A stretch of 48,202 nucleotides of DNA from Acidobacteriota bacterium (GCA_037384885.1 JARRNO010000001.1:1-48202); one strand, 5' to 3'; positions 8,155-17,261 are shown, numbered from the stretch's first letter. The notes: generated by a model not told the origin, from the sequence alone. Program-made: numbers and translations.

Positions 8155-10743
8155 CTACCAGCTCAAAACCACGTCGTTCCCCTGTTTCTGGACGTGGAGC
8201 GTACTGTTTCTCCCGACGCGATAGAAGTAGAGCGTGCTGTTTCCCGCGGCCCCGCTGTCGGTATAGTTGGTGCCCACAACACCCTGCAGCGCCGCCAGAT
8301 TGCTCGGATCCGTTCCGCGGTAAACCAACCCTCCGATCGCGGAAAAGGAGCTGTCCAGCGTCAGCTTGCCAAATCCCCAGAGGTCGTTCGGTGTGGTCCC
8401 TGTAAAGCTGTCCGACCGGGCGCCGTTCTGAAGGTCGTTGCGCACTTCTCCCAGCGTCAGCGTCGGATCGGCGCCCAGGAGAATGGCCGCCGCCCCCGCC
8501 ACCTGGGGCGAACTGAAGCTGGTCCCTTCCATGGCAATGTGCTGGTCGGGCGGCGATTCCTGGACGATGTAGTTCTGAGCCGAACCGGTATAAAAGCTGC
8601 TGGGAAGCTGGCTGGAGAGCGTCGTCACGACCGCTTCACCGGGTGCGGTGATGTTGGGCTTCTGGTCAGTCACGAGGGAGTTGCCCTCGGCGACGCCCCG
8701 CAGCGGCCCGTGCGAGGAATAAGAGGCCAGGTCGTCCAGCGTCTCGCTCGTCGATTGCGTGGTTCCGGTGCTGTCCACCCAGGACGTCCTGCTCGTGTAG
8801 GCGCCCACAGCGATCACGTTGTGCGCCGCCGCGGGCCCGTTGATGAGCATGGCGTCGTCGCCGCCGAGATACCGGTTGATGCAGTCATTCGTCTCCGAGG
8901 CGAAATATCCGTAATACCAGGTTGGAATGTAGCCGTCCAGACGCGCTCCCGACCCGGCGCCGCCGTCCTCCCGGAACTGAAGCACGATGGGGATCGGGTA
9001 GCCGCTTCCGTCGGTCTGGTAGAGATCGCCCCCGAAGTTGCGCGACTCCCGGGTCGTGGCGTAATCATATGCGACGTAGATGTACTGCAGGCTGGAATTG
9101 CTGTAGTACGTCATGGGCTTTTCAAACTCGAGATAGACACCGATCTGGTTCGACGTGGAAGACGTCGTGATGTCACCCACGAAGGAGTCGTATTGGTTTT
9201 GGCCGTGCGTATCGCGGCTAAAAGAATAAATCCCGTCATTCCCGGCGCTTACATTCACCCAACCCGTTGTCGTATAGCCCCATTGCCAGGTTTTGCCGCC
9301 GTCGCTGCTCGAAGCGTATGGAATCCAGGCGTTGACCTGTATGTTGGCCGATGCGGGCGCGTAAAATTCCATGTACATGGGTTCGCCCTGGTAGCCGCTG
9401 CCGTTCCAGTTGTAGGAATAGGCCACCACGTTGGTGTCGTCCGTGTTGTACCCGGTGAGCCGGCTCGCCTCCTGGCAAATCGGCCCGCCGGCGTGCATGT
9501 TGTTGCCGCTGTCGTTTCCGGCGGCGGCCGAAAGGGAGACGCCCTGCGTCCCGTCCCCCACGCCCAGCGTGTTGTCGATGTAGTAGGACAGTTCGTCGCT
9601 GCCGTCATGCGGGCCCCAGCCGTTACCGAAGCTCATATTGATGGAGACCGGCTTGTTGAGGCTCTGCGCTGTGCTGATGATCCACTGCAGCGCGTCTTCA
9701 ATGTGCGCATCCGTCAGGTCCGACTTCACGAGAATAATACCGGCCTGATCGGCCTGGCCGTCATAAACGCCTCCGGTGGAAAGGCCGTTGCCCGCGCCCA
9801 CGCCGCTCGTCGCCGTCCCGTGTCCCCAATCTGTGGAATTGCTGTCGGCTTCGGCGCAGGCACTGTTGTTGATGTCCTGGGCCGTCCAGAGCGTTCCGTA
9901 GCCGAATCCCGAAGGCCCCGGCCCCGTGCTGTCGGTCTGGTCCCAGATGTAAAGGATGCGCGTCGTGCCGTCGGGGTTCTTGAAATCGGCGCTGCTCCAG
10001 TCGATTCCCGTGTCGATCCCCGCGTAAATGGCGTTCTTGCCGTGATAGCCCCATTGGTTGTGGACGATGTCCGTATGCGTTTCCGGCAGCGACTTGTCCA
10101 TCATGGGATGGTTGATGAACGGGGCTCTGACGTTTTTGACGTCCGGATCGGCAAGAAGCGCTCTCACGTTCGCCACGGGCACCACCATGAAGGTGCGCGG
10201 CTGCATGGCGAACTCCTTCCCCACGATTCTTGCGCCGTGCGCTTTCGCCACGAGTGGAAGGACGCCCGGCGACGACGCGGTCACCACAACGCCAATCCCC
10301 AGCTGCCCGCCGATGTTTTCAAAGCGGAAAACACGCCCGGGCCGCTGAACTCCTTCCGCCCCAGTCTTCAGGCGGACCAGCCCCGCATCCTTCAGGCGAG
10401 AGGGATTGATGCGCGACAACCGCGGCACGCTCTTTTTCAGACCTTCGGGCGGTCGCTTGAGCTTCAGCGTCGCCTTGTCGATCTTGAGCGGCATATTCCG
10501 CGCGCAGAACAACATGCCCAACCTCGGCCCCAGCTTGGCGGCGTCCTTTTGCGGCAGCGGGTTTGTTTTTAGGGACTCTCTGGCTTCGCTCAGCGCCTGG
10601 TTCAGCGCCTGCGAATCCGGCGGCGCCGCCCCCGCCGCCAGCCCGGCAGACAGCAAGAGGCCCACCAGTCCAGCCGCAAACAGCAGCCGCGCCGCCCCGG
10701 CGCCCTTCCCGACGTTACAGATTGTTTTCAAATGTGCCCTCAT
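8155..10743 (-). CDS. Secreted subtilisin-like serine protease (peptidase S8) with long N- and C-terminal extensions
   Basis: Signal peptide present. The catalytic triad appears in context: GIDTGIDWSSADF (Asp), WGHGTATSGVGAG (His) and MEGTSFSSPQVAGAAAILLG (Ser). Confidence 0.85.
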   Translation of the reverse strand: MRAHLKTICNVGKGAGAARLLFAAGLVGLLLSAGLAAGAAPPDSQALNQALSEARESLKTNPLPQKDAAKLGPRLGMLFCARNMPLKIDKATLKLKRPPEGLKKSVPRLSRINPSRLKDAGLVRLKTGAEGVQRPGRVFRFENIGGQLGIGVVVTASSPGVLPLVAKAHGARIVGKEFAMQPRTFMVVPVANVRALLADPDVKNVRAPFINHPMMDKSLPETHTDIVHNQWGYHGKNAIYAGIDTGIDWSSADFKNPDGTTRILYIWDQTDSTGPGPSGFGYGTLWTAQDINNSACAEADSNSTDWGHGTATSGVGAGNGLSTGGVYDGQADQAGIILVKSDLTDAHIEDALQWIISTAQSLNKPVSINMSFGNGWGPHDGSDELSYYIDNTLGVGDGTQGVSLSAAAGNDSGNNMHAGGPICQEASRLTGYNTDDTNVVAYSYNWNGSGYQGEPMYMEFYAPASANIQVNAWIPYASSSDGGKTWQWGYTTTGWVNVSAGNDGIYSFSRDTHGQNQYDSFVGDITTSSTSNQIGVYLEFEKPMTYYSNSSLQYIYVAYDYATTRESRNFGGDLYQTDGSGYPIPIVLQFREDGGAGSGARLDGYIPTWYYGYFASETNDCINRYLGGDDAMLINGPAAAHNVIAVGAYTSRTSWVDSTGTTQSTSETLDDLASYSSHGPLRGVAEGNSLVTDQKPNITAPGEAVVTTLSSQLPSSFYTGSAQNYIVQESPPDQHIAMEGTSFSSPQVAGAAAILLGADPTLTLGEVRNDLQNGARSDSFTGTTPNDLWGFGKLTLDSSFSAIGGLVYRGTDPSNLAALQGVVGTNYTDSGAAGNSTLYFYRVGRNSTLHVQKQGNDVVLSW

Positions 10744-11014
10744 CGCTCTTTATCCTCCCTGGAAACCCTCCAAATCAGTGCAGGCCCCAGTGGTAAAGCT
10801 TTTGATTGCAAATATGCTGCCAAAGCGCGGCAGAGCGTTGGAAACGGTCTATCCGGCGCTGCTGGTGAAGGCTTTCGCCTTGCTTCTGCCACGGGATCGC
10901 ACCCGGGTTCACACCGGACTGGAACCATATCACCTCACTACATGTTCCGTAATCGTAACATATCTATCTTTTACTGTGTCAAGACTTCAAAACATGAGGG
11001 GATTTAAGGAAAGC

Positions 11015-11048
11015 GGACAAAAAAAGGAGGCCGCGACCCGGCCTCCTT
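11015..11048 (-). terminator. Rho-independent terminator after pdxT
   Basis: 10-bp stem AAGGAGGCCG / CGGCCTCCTT (11024-11033 / 11039-11048) with a 5-nt loop. On the minus strand it is followed by a T7 run. Confidence 0.75.
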
Positions 11049-11078
11049 CGGTTCCTCTATACAAAGGGTAACGTACGA

Positions 11079-11648
11079 TCAACGCTTACAAAACTTCAGG
11101 AATCGCTTATGCAGGCGATTGTCTCCTGTCAATTCGGGATGGAAGCTTGACGCCCACATCCTGTCCTGGCTCACGAACACCGGCGCGTCTTCGCAGCGCG
11201 CGAGAACCCGGACACCGTCTCCCAACGGTTCGAGAATCGGCGCCCTGATGAAGACGGCGTGAAAAGGCGTGTCGAAATCTTCGATATCCAGAAATTCCTC
11301 GAAGGAGTCCACCTGCCGTCCGAAGGCGTTGCGGCGGACGCAGATGTCCATCAGTCCCAGCCGCTTTTGCGCCGAACCCTCAATTTCGCGAGCGATCCAG
11401 ATCGCGCCGGCGCAGGTCCCCCACACTGCAAGTTCACCGCTGTCATAGCGCTCCTTGACGGCCTGGTCCACGCCGTATTCCGCGGCCAGCTTACCGATGG
11501 TGGTCGATTCCCCGCCGGGAACGATCAGTCCGGACAGCCCTTTCAGGTGCTCCGGAAGACGGACTTCCGCCACGACAGCACCGAGGCTTTGCAACATTCT
11601 CCGGTGCTCACGGAAGTCACCTTGCAGTGCGAGTACACCGATCTCCAT
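11079..11648 (-). CDS. pdxT: Pyridoxal 5'-phosphate synthase, glutaminase subunit
   Basis: MEIGVLALQGDFREH, PGGESTT and catalytic GTCAG. I chose the start at 11648 by homology. An alternative GTG at 11687 overlaps the pdxS stop. Confidence 0.9.
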   Translation of the reverse strand: MEIGVLALQGDFREHRRMLQSLGAVVAEVRLPEHLKGLSGLIVPGGESTTIGKLAAEYGVDQAVKERYDSGELAVWGTCAGAIWIAREIEGSAQKRLGLMDICVRRNAFGRQVDSFEEFLDIEDFDTPFHAVFIRAPILEPLGDGVRVLARCEDAPVFVSQDRMWASSFHPELTGDNRLHKRFLKFCKR

Positions 11649-11683
11649 CTCCGCCCCGAAAAAGCACGCCGGCCCGGCGGGCC

Positions 11684-12565
11684 TCACCAGCCCCGCTTGG
11701 CCATCCGCTCGCTCTCATCCAGTGTGTCCAAGTTGATACCGACCATGGGCTCACCGAGGTTCTCGCTGATTTCCGCCAGGATAGCCGGATCATTGTAATG
11801 AGTCACGGCTCTCACGATCGCCGCCGCCCGCTTTTGCGGATCTCCTGATTTAAAAATGCCCGACCCAACGAAGACGCCGTCCAGACCGAGGTGCATCATG
11901 AGAGCGGCGTCGGCGGGCGTCGCCACCCCGCCTGCCGCGAAATTCACCACCGGCAGCGCGCCGTTTTCGTGGACGTAGCGAACCAGGTCGAAGGGGGCGT
12001 TGATTTGCTTGGCGGCGTCCATCAGCTCGTCGCCGCGCAACCCTTCCAGCCACCGGATCTGCTTCTGCACGGTTCTCGCGTGCCTCACGGCCTCCACCAC
12101 GTTTCCGGTTCCCGCTTCGCCCTTCGTGCGGATCATCGCGGCCCCTTCCCCCACACGGCGGAGGGCCTCACCGAGATCCCTCGCGCCACAGACAAAGGGG
12201 ACCTTGAACGTCCACTTGTCGATGTGGTGTTCTTCGTCGGCCGGAGTCAGCACTTCGGATTCATCGATAAAATCAACTCCCAGCGCCTCGAGGATCATCG
12301 CTTCCACGAAGTGGCCGATCCTGGCCTTGGCCATGACGGGTATGGATACGGCGTCGATAATTTTCTTAATCACGGTCGGGTCGGACATGCGCGCGACGCC
12401 GCCCTGGACCCGGATATCCGCCGGAACGCGTTCAAGGGCCATGACGGCTGTGGCGCCGGCCTCTTCCGCAACGCGCGCCTGCTCGGGAGTGGTCACATCC
12501 ATGATCACTCCGCCCTTGAACATTTCGGCAAATCCTGTTTTTACGCGTACAGTTCCTTTGTCCAT
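11684..12565 (-). CDS. pdxS: Pyridoxal 5'-phosphate synthase, lyase subunit
   Basis: 293 aa. [44 protein letters not shown] is highly characteristic of PdxS/SNZ. Confidence 0.95.
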   Translation of the reverse strand: MDKGTVRVKTGFAEMFKGGVIMDVTTPEQARVAEEAGATAVMALERVPADIRVQGGVARMSDPTVIKKIIDAVSIPVMAKARIGHFVEAMILEALGVDFIDESEVLTPADEEHHIDKWTFKVPFVCGARDLGEALRRVGEGAAMIRTKGEAGTGNVVEAVRHARTVQKQIRWLEGLRGDELMDAAKQINAPFDLVRYVHENGALPVVNFAAGGVATPADAALMMHLGLDGVFVGSGIFKSGDPQKRAAAIVRAVTHYNDPAILAEISENLGEPMVGINLDTLDESERMAKRGW

Positions 12566-12586
12566 CAGTTCCTCCGAACGGTACCT

Positions 12587-12615
12587 ATTATATGCGCATT
12601 ACCCGGTCGAGACAA
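12587..12615 (-). promoter_or_regulatory. Candidate sigma-70 promoter of pdxST
   Basis: The minus strand reads TTGTCT-17 nt-TATAAT, about 20 nt upstream of the GGAGG SD and the pdxS ATG. Confidence 0.45.
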
Positions 12616-12817
12616 AGCGGGGCGGGCATACCCCCGCCTGAAGCCCGGCGCCCTGATCGGACTGCCGCATGACCCAGACCAGATTGCCAGATTTCTTGGA
12701 CGAGGTCCATTGCCGCTCCCCTCCATGCTGCGCTGGAGGGTGAAAGCACCCCGGGGAGGATTCTTTAGAGAATGGGAGTGTTGCGGAAATACGGAGCCGG
12801 GAGGGTTCCGCAGCGCT

Positions 12818-13732
12818 TCAAAACAGCCTGCGCTGGAAAACCGTGTTGCTGACAGTTTCCAGGTCCGGATAGGCGTCGATAAGACCTTCCGGAACCTGCT
12901 GCCGCTCACCCGTCAACGCGAATTGAAACTGGAAGGCGTTTGCGGCCGCCTTCCCGCGGAAATGGTTGTTGAAGATGACAACCACTTCCCGCGCAAGCAC
13001 TGCACCGTCACGGACCCTCTGAACCCAGGGCGCCAATTCCTGCCCCGAGTAGAGGTAGTCGTAGCGCTCGTTCCGGCCCACGCCCTCGCGGAACCAGGCC
13101 GTCGCATTCCTTCCGTGAAGGCGGCAGTACGCAAGATCGGCGGTAGCCACCATTGATGGGCCCAGACACCGCCCAAGATCGGGTTGATCGATGCTGCACA
13201 GGGCTGCTCCATGCTCACGGCACAGCCCGGCGGCCGCTCCGCCTTCCCACGACGCGTGGCGGAGTTCCACCGCCAGGGGGTACACCGAAAATCTCCGGAG
13301 CAGATCGGCCAGGGCGGCCCGGTTCTCCGGCGTGTTTTTGAAGGACCAGGGCCATTGGACCAGGACGGCCGACAGACGGCCGGTGCGGACAAGGGGCTCC
13401 AGTGCGCGATGAAAGGCCCGCTCGTCCACAAGCGAGGCTTTCCGCGTGTGCGTGAAGCCCTGAAAGAGCTTGACCGAAAAGCGAAATCCCGGTCTGCCGT
13501 CGATCCTTCTCGCCCATTCGGCCGTCCGAATCGGATCCGGTATGCGGTAAAAGCTGCTGTCCACCTCGAGGACCTGGAAGCGTTCGGCCAGAAAGGATAA
13601 CGGATCGAACGCTCTACCCGCCTTCATGGGGTAGACGGTTCCCTTCCAATCCGGGTAGGACCACCCCGCCGTACCGATCCGAATGTTGGATGAAAGGCCG
13701 CGTTCGACGGCGGCGTCCGTCATGATTGGCAT
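12818..13732 (-). CDS. DUF72 (YecE-like, TIM-barrel) family protein
   Basis: The motif IRIGTAGWSYPDWKGTVYP and the overall length are typical of DUF72. The ATG is 2 nt after the stop of the S24 repressor gene. Confidence 0.85.
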   Translation of the reverse strand: MPIMTDAAVERGLSSNIRIGTAGWSYPDWKGTVYPMKAGRAFDPLSFLAERFQVLEVDSSFYRIPDPIRTAEWARRIDGRPGFRFSVKLFQGFTHTRKASLVDERAFHRALEPLVRTGRLSAVLVQWPWSFKNTPENRAALADLLRRFSVYPLAVELRHASWEGGAAAGLCREHGAALCSIDQPDLGRCLGPSMVATADLAYCRLHGRNATAWFREGVGRNERYDYLYSGQELAPWVQRVRDGAVLAREVVVIFNNHFRGKAAANAFQFQFALTGERQQVPEGLIDAYPDLETVSNTVFQRRLF

Positions 13733-13734
13733 GG

Positions 13735-14325
13735 CTACCTTTCCTTGCTCCAGACGACCTTGTAAGCGAAGCGCACCTCTTCGGGGGGCACCACCACGGG
13801 ATCGTAAAGCGTATTGACCGACTCGAGAACAACCATTCCGCCGGCCTCCCTGTACCGCTTGATATATTTTTCGCCGTTCGTCAGGCCCACCACGGCGTAA
13901 TCACCGCTGACAGGGCGCTTACGCGTATCAACGAGAACCACCTGCCCCTTCTCATACTTGGGCGTCATGCTGTCGCCGGAGACCTCCACCGCAAAGCCGT
14001 GGGGATCGGTAAAACTGGGCGGCCGTTCGACGAAGTACATCCCCCCGCCCGCCGGATATCCCTGGTCGGTGAATTCCACGCCGGGGCCCGCTGAAACGAA
14101 TGCGACCACTGGGATTTCCGCTGGGATGGACAGGTTGTCCGCCAGAACGGACACTCGCACGTCAAGGGCCTGGGCGATAGCTTCGAGCGACTTCAGCGAA
14201 GGTGTGATCCGGCCCTTCTCGATCCGGGCGAAATTGGGCGGACTCCACCCAAGCCGCCTCGCCACTTCAGCCTGGGACAGCCCAAGCGATTCGCGCACCA
14301 CCCTGATCCGCTCGCCATAGTTCAT
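13735..14325 (-). CDS. XRE-type HTH / peptidase S24 (LexA- or CI-like) self-cleaving repressor
   Basis: N-terminal HTH_3 (RESLGLSQAEVARRLGWSPPNFARIEKG). Linker contains an Ala-Gly dipeptide (VSAGPG). S24 catalytic Ser in GDSMTP and Lys in KYIKRY. Confidence 0.85.
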   Translation of the reverse strand: MNYGERIRVVRESLGLSQAEVARRLGWSPPNFARIEKGRITPSLKSLEAIAQALDVRVSVLADNLSIPAEIPVVAFVSAGPGVEFTDQGYPAGGGMYFVERPPSFTDPHGFAVEVSGDSMTPKYEKGQVVLVDTRKRPVSGDYAVVGLTNGEKYIKRYREAGGMVVLESVNTLYDPVVVPPEEVRFAYKVVWSKER

Positions 14326-14344
14326 GACTATCCTCCACGTCTAC

Positions 14345-14373
14345 AATATAGTCATATATGACCACTACGTCAA
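14345..14373 (-). promoter_or_regulatory. Promoter of the S24 repressor gene with overlapping palindromic operator
   Basis: The minus strand reads TTGACG-17 nt-TATATT. A perfect 12-bp palindrome GTCATATATGAC (14351-14362) sits within TGGTCATATATGACTA. SD GGAGGA lies 5 nt before the ATG. Confidence 0.65.
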
Positions 14374-14456
14374 GCGCGGCGTCCCGGAACGGCATTCCTG
14401 CGCACAACTTACCCGCCGAAGACGACAGCCGGCGCGAAATAGAAGGCAAGCGCCGG

Positions 14457-16696
14457 CTAACGGTCCTCCCCGGGGGGCCTGTCGAGAACCTCCCGGACCT
14501 TTCTGGCCAGTGCGTCGATCCCGTATGGTTTGGGCAGGAAGTCGAAGTTTTCTTTTTTGACAAAGCCTTCGTGGACCAGGTTTTCCGTATACCCGGATGA
14601 AAAAAGGAAGCGGCACGGGCGCCCCATAGCCCTAACGCTTTCGAAAAGCTCCTTGCCGCCCATCATGGGCATAATCACATCCGTGATCACGAGGTCTACC
14701 TCCTCGGCATCCTCTTTAAGATGCGCCAGGGCGTCGGCGCCGTTCTCGGCTTCAAGAACCCGGTACCCCAGACGAAGAAGCGCTTCCACAAGGACCATCC
14801 GAACCTCACGCTCGTCTTCAACGACCAGGATGGTTTCGTGCCCTGGCATCACCGGCGGCTCGATCTTTGTGCCGACACGGGCGGCGCGTCTTGAGACGAT
14901 GGGGAGATAAACCTTGATCGTCGTCCCCTCCCCCGCTTCGCTGTATGCCCGGATCATGCCCTCATGCTGTTGAATGATGCCGTACGCCGTCGAGAGTCCG
15001 AGGCCCGAGCCCACATCCGGAGCCTTGGTGCTGAAGAAGGGTTCGAACACGTGCGGCAGAACGTCCTTCGGCATCCCCACCCCGCTGTCCGAAACGGAAA
15101 GCAGGACATAGCGGCCGGGACGGGCCCAGGGATGCGACTTGAGATAGGAGCCGTTGATCACCACGTTTTCGGTTTCGATAGGATAATCCGCTCGAGGAGC
15201 GGCAGGAACTCGCGAATCACCTGGTTGAGGTTCAGATCCACCGGTTCGATCACCTGCCGGCGTGCAAAGGCGAGGAGAGCGCGGGTCAGCGCGGCCGCCT
15301 TGTCCGCCATCCTGGCGATCACTTCCAGTTCATTCCGCTCGGGCGCGCGGGCAGGCAGCGTCTTCAAGGCAAACTCCACCGATCCCATGATGGCGACAAG
15401 AATGTTGTTGAAATCGTGGGCGATCCCTCCGGCAAGCTGGCCGATGGACTCCATCCGCTGGGATTCCGCCAAATGATCCTGCAGCTGCCGCTCCCTCGTC
15501 ACATCCCGGCAGACGGCCACGTAATGCGGGAGCATTCCCTCCGATTCCCTCACGGGATAAACATCGGCTGAGACTTCAACGAGCCGCCCGCCCTTTTGAC
15601 GGCTCACCACGTTGCCGCGCCAAACGTCACCCCGCTGCAATGTTTCGACAAGGTTCTCATAGAACGCGTCATCATCTTCGGCGCTCTTTAGAATGTCCGC
15701 CTTCTTCCCCACGAGTTCCGACGCTTTGTATCCCGAAAGCCTCTCGAAGGCCGCATTCGCAAAGATGATCAATCCGGCTCCGTCGGTCATGAGGAACGCG
15801 TCCGAGCTTTGCTCCAGCGCCCGGCTCAGGAGGGTTCTTTCCCGGTCCAGCTGCTTGCGGTCCCCCACATCCCTCAGCACGACCTGCCTTGCATCCACGC
15901 CTTCATATAGGAAAGGGCTGGACACAGCCTCCACCATCACCTTTCCACCATCGCTCCTGATGACGGTCAGCTCGAGCTTACGGGCCGCCCGTCCGCTTTT
16001 CTGTATCTGCTTGACACGCTCATGGTCCTCTGGAACGAGAAAGTCGAGGACGCTGCGTTCCAGCACTTCCGCTTCTTCCGAAGCACCCAGTATCCCGATC
16101 CCGGCGGCATTCACAAAAAGGATGATACCCTGCGCGTCATGCACAAACACCGCGTCGGGCATCATCTCCACGAGATGTCGGTAGCGCGTCTCGCTTTGCT
16201 CGTGAGCATGCCTCGCGCGCCGCGCTTCTTCATCTTGCATCTGCAGTTTGTCCGCAAGGGCATCCAGGGCCTTGGACGCAGCGGACCACCTTCCCGCGAG
16301 GCTCACCGCTCCCATTCGCGAACCGTAGTCTCCTTGGAACAGGCGCCGGCAAGCCGATTCCATATCCATCAGCCTGCGATTGGTCCGTCGCCGGTCCAGA
16401 AACCAAAAGCCGCCGATCAGGAGCACCAGTGCGGCCCCCAAGTACCCCAGCCAAGCCGCCTCCCTATGGTTCCGACGCTGCTCCTGGACAGGCCCGGAGA
16501 AGAAGCACGCCTTCATGATCCTCGGCCCCCGAGGAGCATGCACTGCTGCGGGCCTGGTGTCGTGGCGGCTTTTCGCGCGGGAAACGGCCGAAGGCCACGT
16601 TCCAATGGCCAGTGCGAGCCAGAACAGCGCGGCGCACAAGGCCGGAAGACGGCGGTAACGGCTCTGGTGTAGAGATTGACTCCATGCTTTCAGCAT
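14457..16696 (-). pseudogene. Hybrid sensor histidine kinase (2 TM, 2 PAS, HisKA, HATPase_c, REC) disrupted by an internal deletion and frameshift
   Basis: The upstream piece (15158..16696) ends ...LNQVIREFLPLLERIILSKPKTW*. The downstream piece (14457 to about 15182) resumes in another frame at IETENVVINGSYLKSHP...SDSGVGM...GSGLGL, followed by a receiver domain. The H-box AHDFNNIL and the G1/G2 boxes are present, but the segment that should hold the N-box is absent. Confidence 0.65.
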
Positions 16697-16950
16697 TTTC
16701 CCCCCGCGCACGCCGCCCTCTGTTGATGCGTCACGAATGCGGACGGTCTGCAAAAGACACCCCGGCCCGAAGGCGCGTCGGGACCGAACTTTCCATGGAT
16801 CGTTTTTTGGGAAGAGACAAGGGAAAAGGAGGCGGCAGAGGCGTCTCCATGATCGGATACACGCCGACACCAGCCTCCTGTCAAGGTCTGGCAGAGCGGT
16901 CGGCCTCGGAAGGCCGTGGGCGCCGCAGTTCGAGCGGCGCCTCGACAGCT

Positions 16951-16964
16951 TGTTTTCACGGTTC
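16951..16964 (+). repeat. 14-nt direct repeat, copy 1 (TGTTTTCACGGTTC)
   Basis: An exact copy recurs at 17028-17041 in the same 565-bp divergent intergenic region. Confidence 0.8.
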
Positions 16965-17027
16965 TTCCACAATCACCCTTTTTGAAAGCTCCGCGCGCCT
17001 GCCCGCGGCGGCGGGAGGTCTACCTTC

Positions 17028-17041
17028 TGTTTTCACGGTTC
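17028..17041 (+). repeat. 14-nt direct repeat, copy 2 (TGTTTTCACGGTTC)
   Basis: Exact match to 16951-16964, 77 nt start-to-start. Confidence 0.8.
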
Positions 17042-17168
17042 GGCTTAAGAATACCTGTCTGCGCTCCGCCCTGTCAACCGGGTCACTTTGGTCAAATACC
17101 TCCTGACCCGCACGTGTTCGACGTGCGAGTTGCCTCCTGCCAACAGCCTGACCCACCTGTATTTTCTC

Positions 17169-17198
17169 TTGCATTCTCCCGGGATATTCCCGTAATCT
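17169..17198 (+). promoter_or_regulatory. Candidate sigma-70 promoter of the ABC transporter operon
   Basis: TTGCAT-18 nt-TAATCT, about 65 nt upstream of the GTG start at 17262. Confidence 0.4.
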
Positions 17199-17261
17199 GT
17201 ACCCCTGAAGCCAAGATGCGGTGCAAGTCCGAAGCCATGCAAAACGGGGAGCGTAATTCCA

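Noticed and set aside
8029-10572. 847-aa plus-strand ORF, the longest ORF on that strand in this area.
   Set aside because: It is fully antisense to the S8 protease gene. Its composition is Arg/Ala/Val/Gly-rich with no recognisable motif, whereas the minus strand carries a complete Asp/His/Ser triad and a signal peptide. This is a typical GC-driven shadow ORF.
14428-14457. Possible terminator hairpin GCCGGCGC-N14-GCGCCGGC after the kinase/receiver gene.
   Set aside because: The loop is long (14 nt) and the downstream tract is only weakly U-rich, so it is not convincing as an intrinsic terminator.
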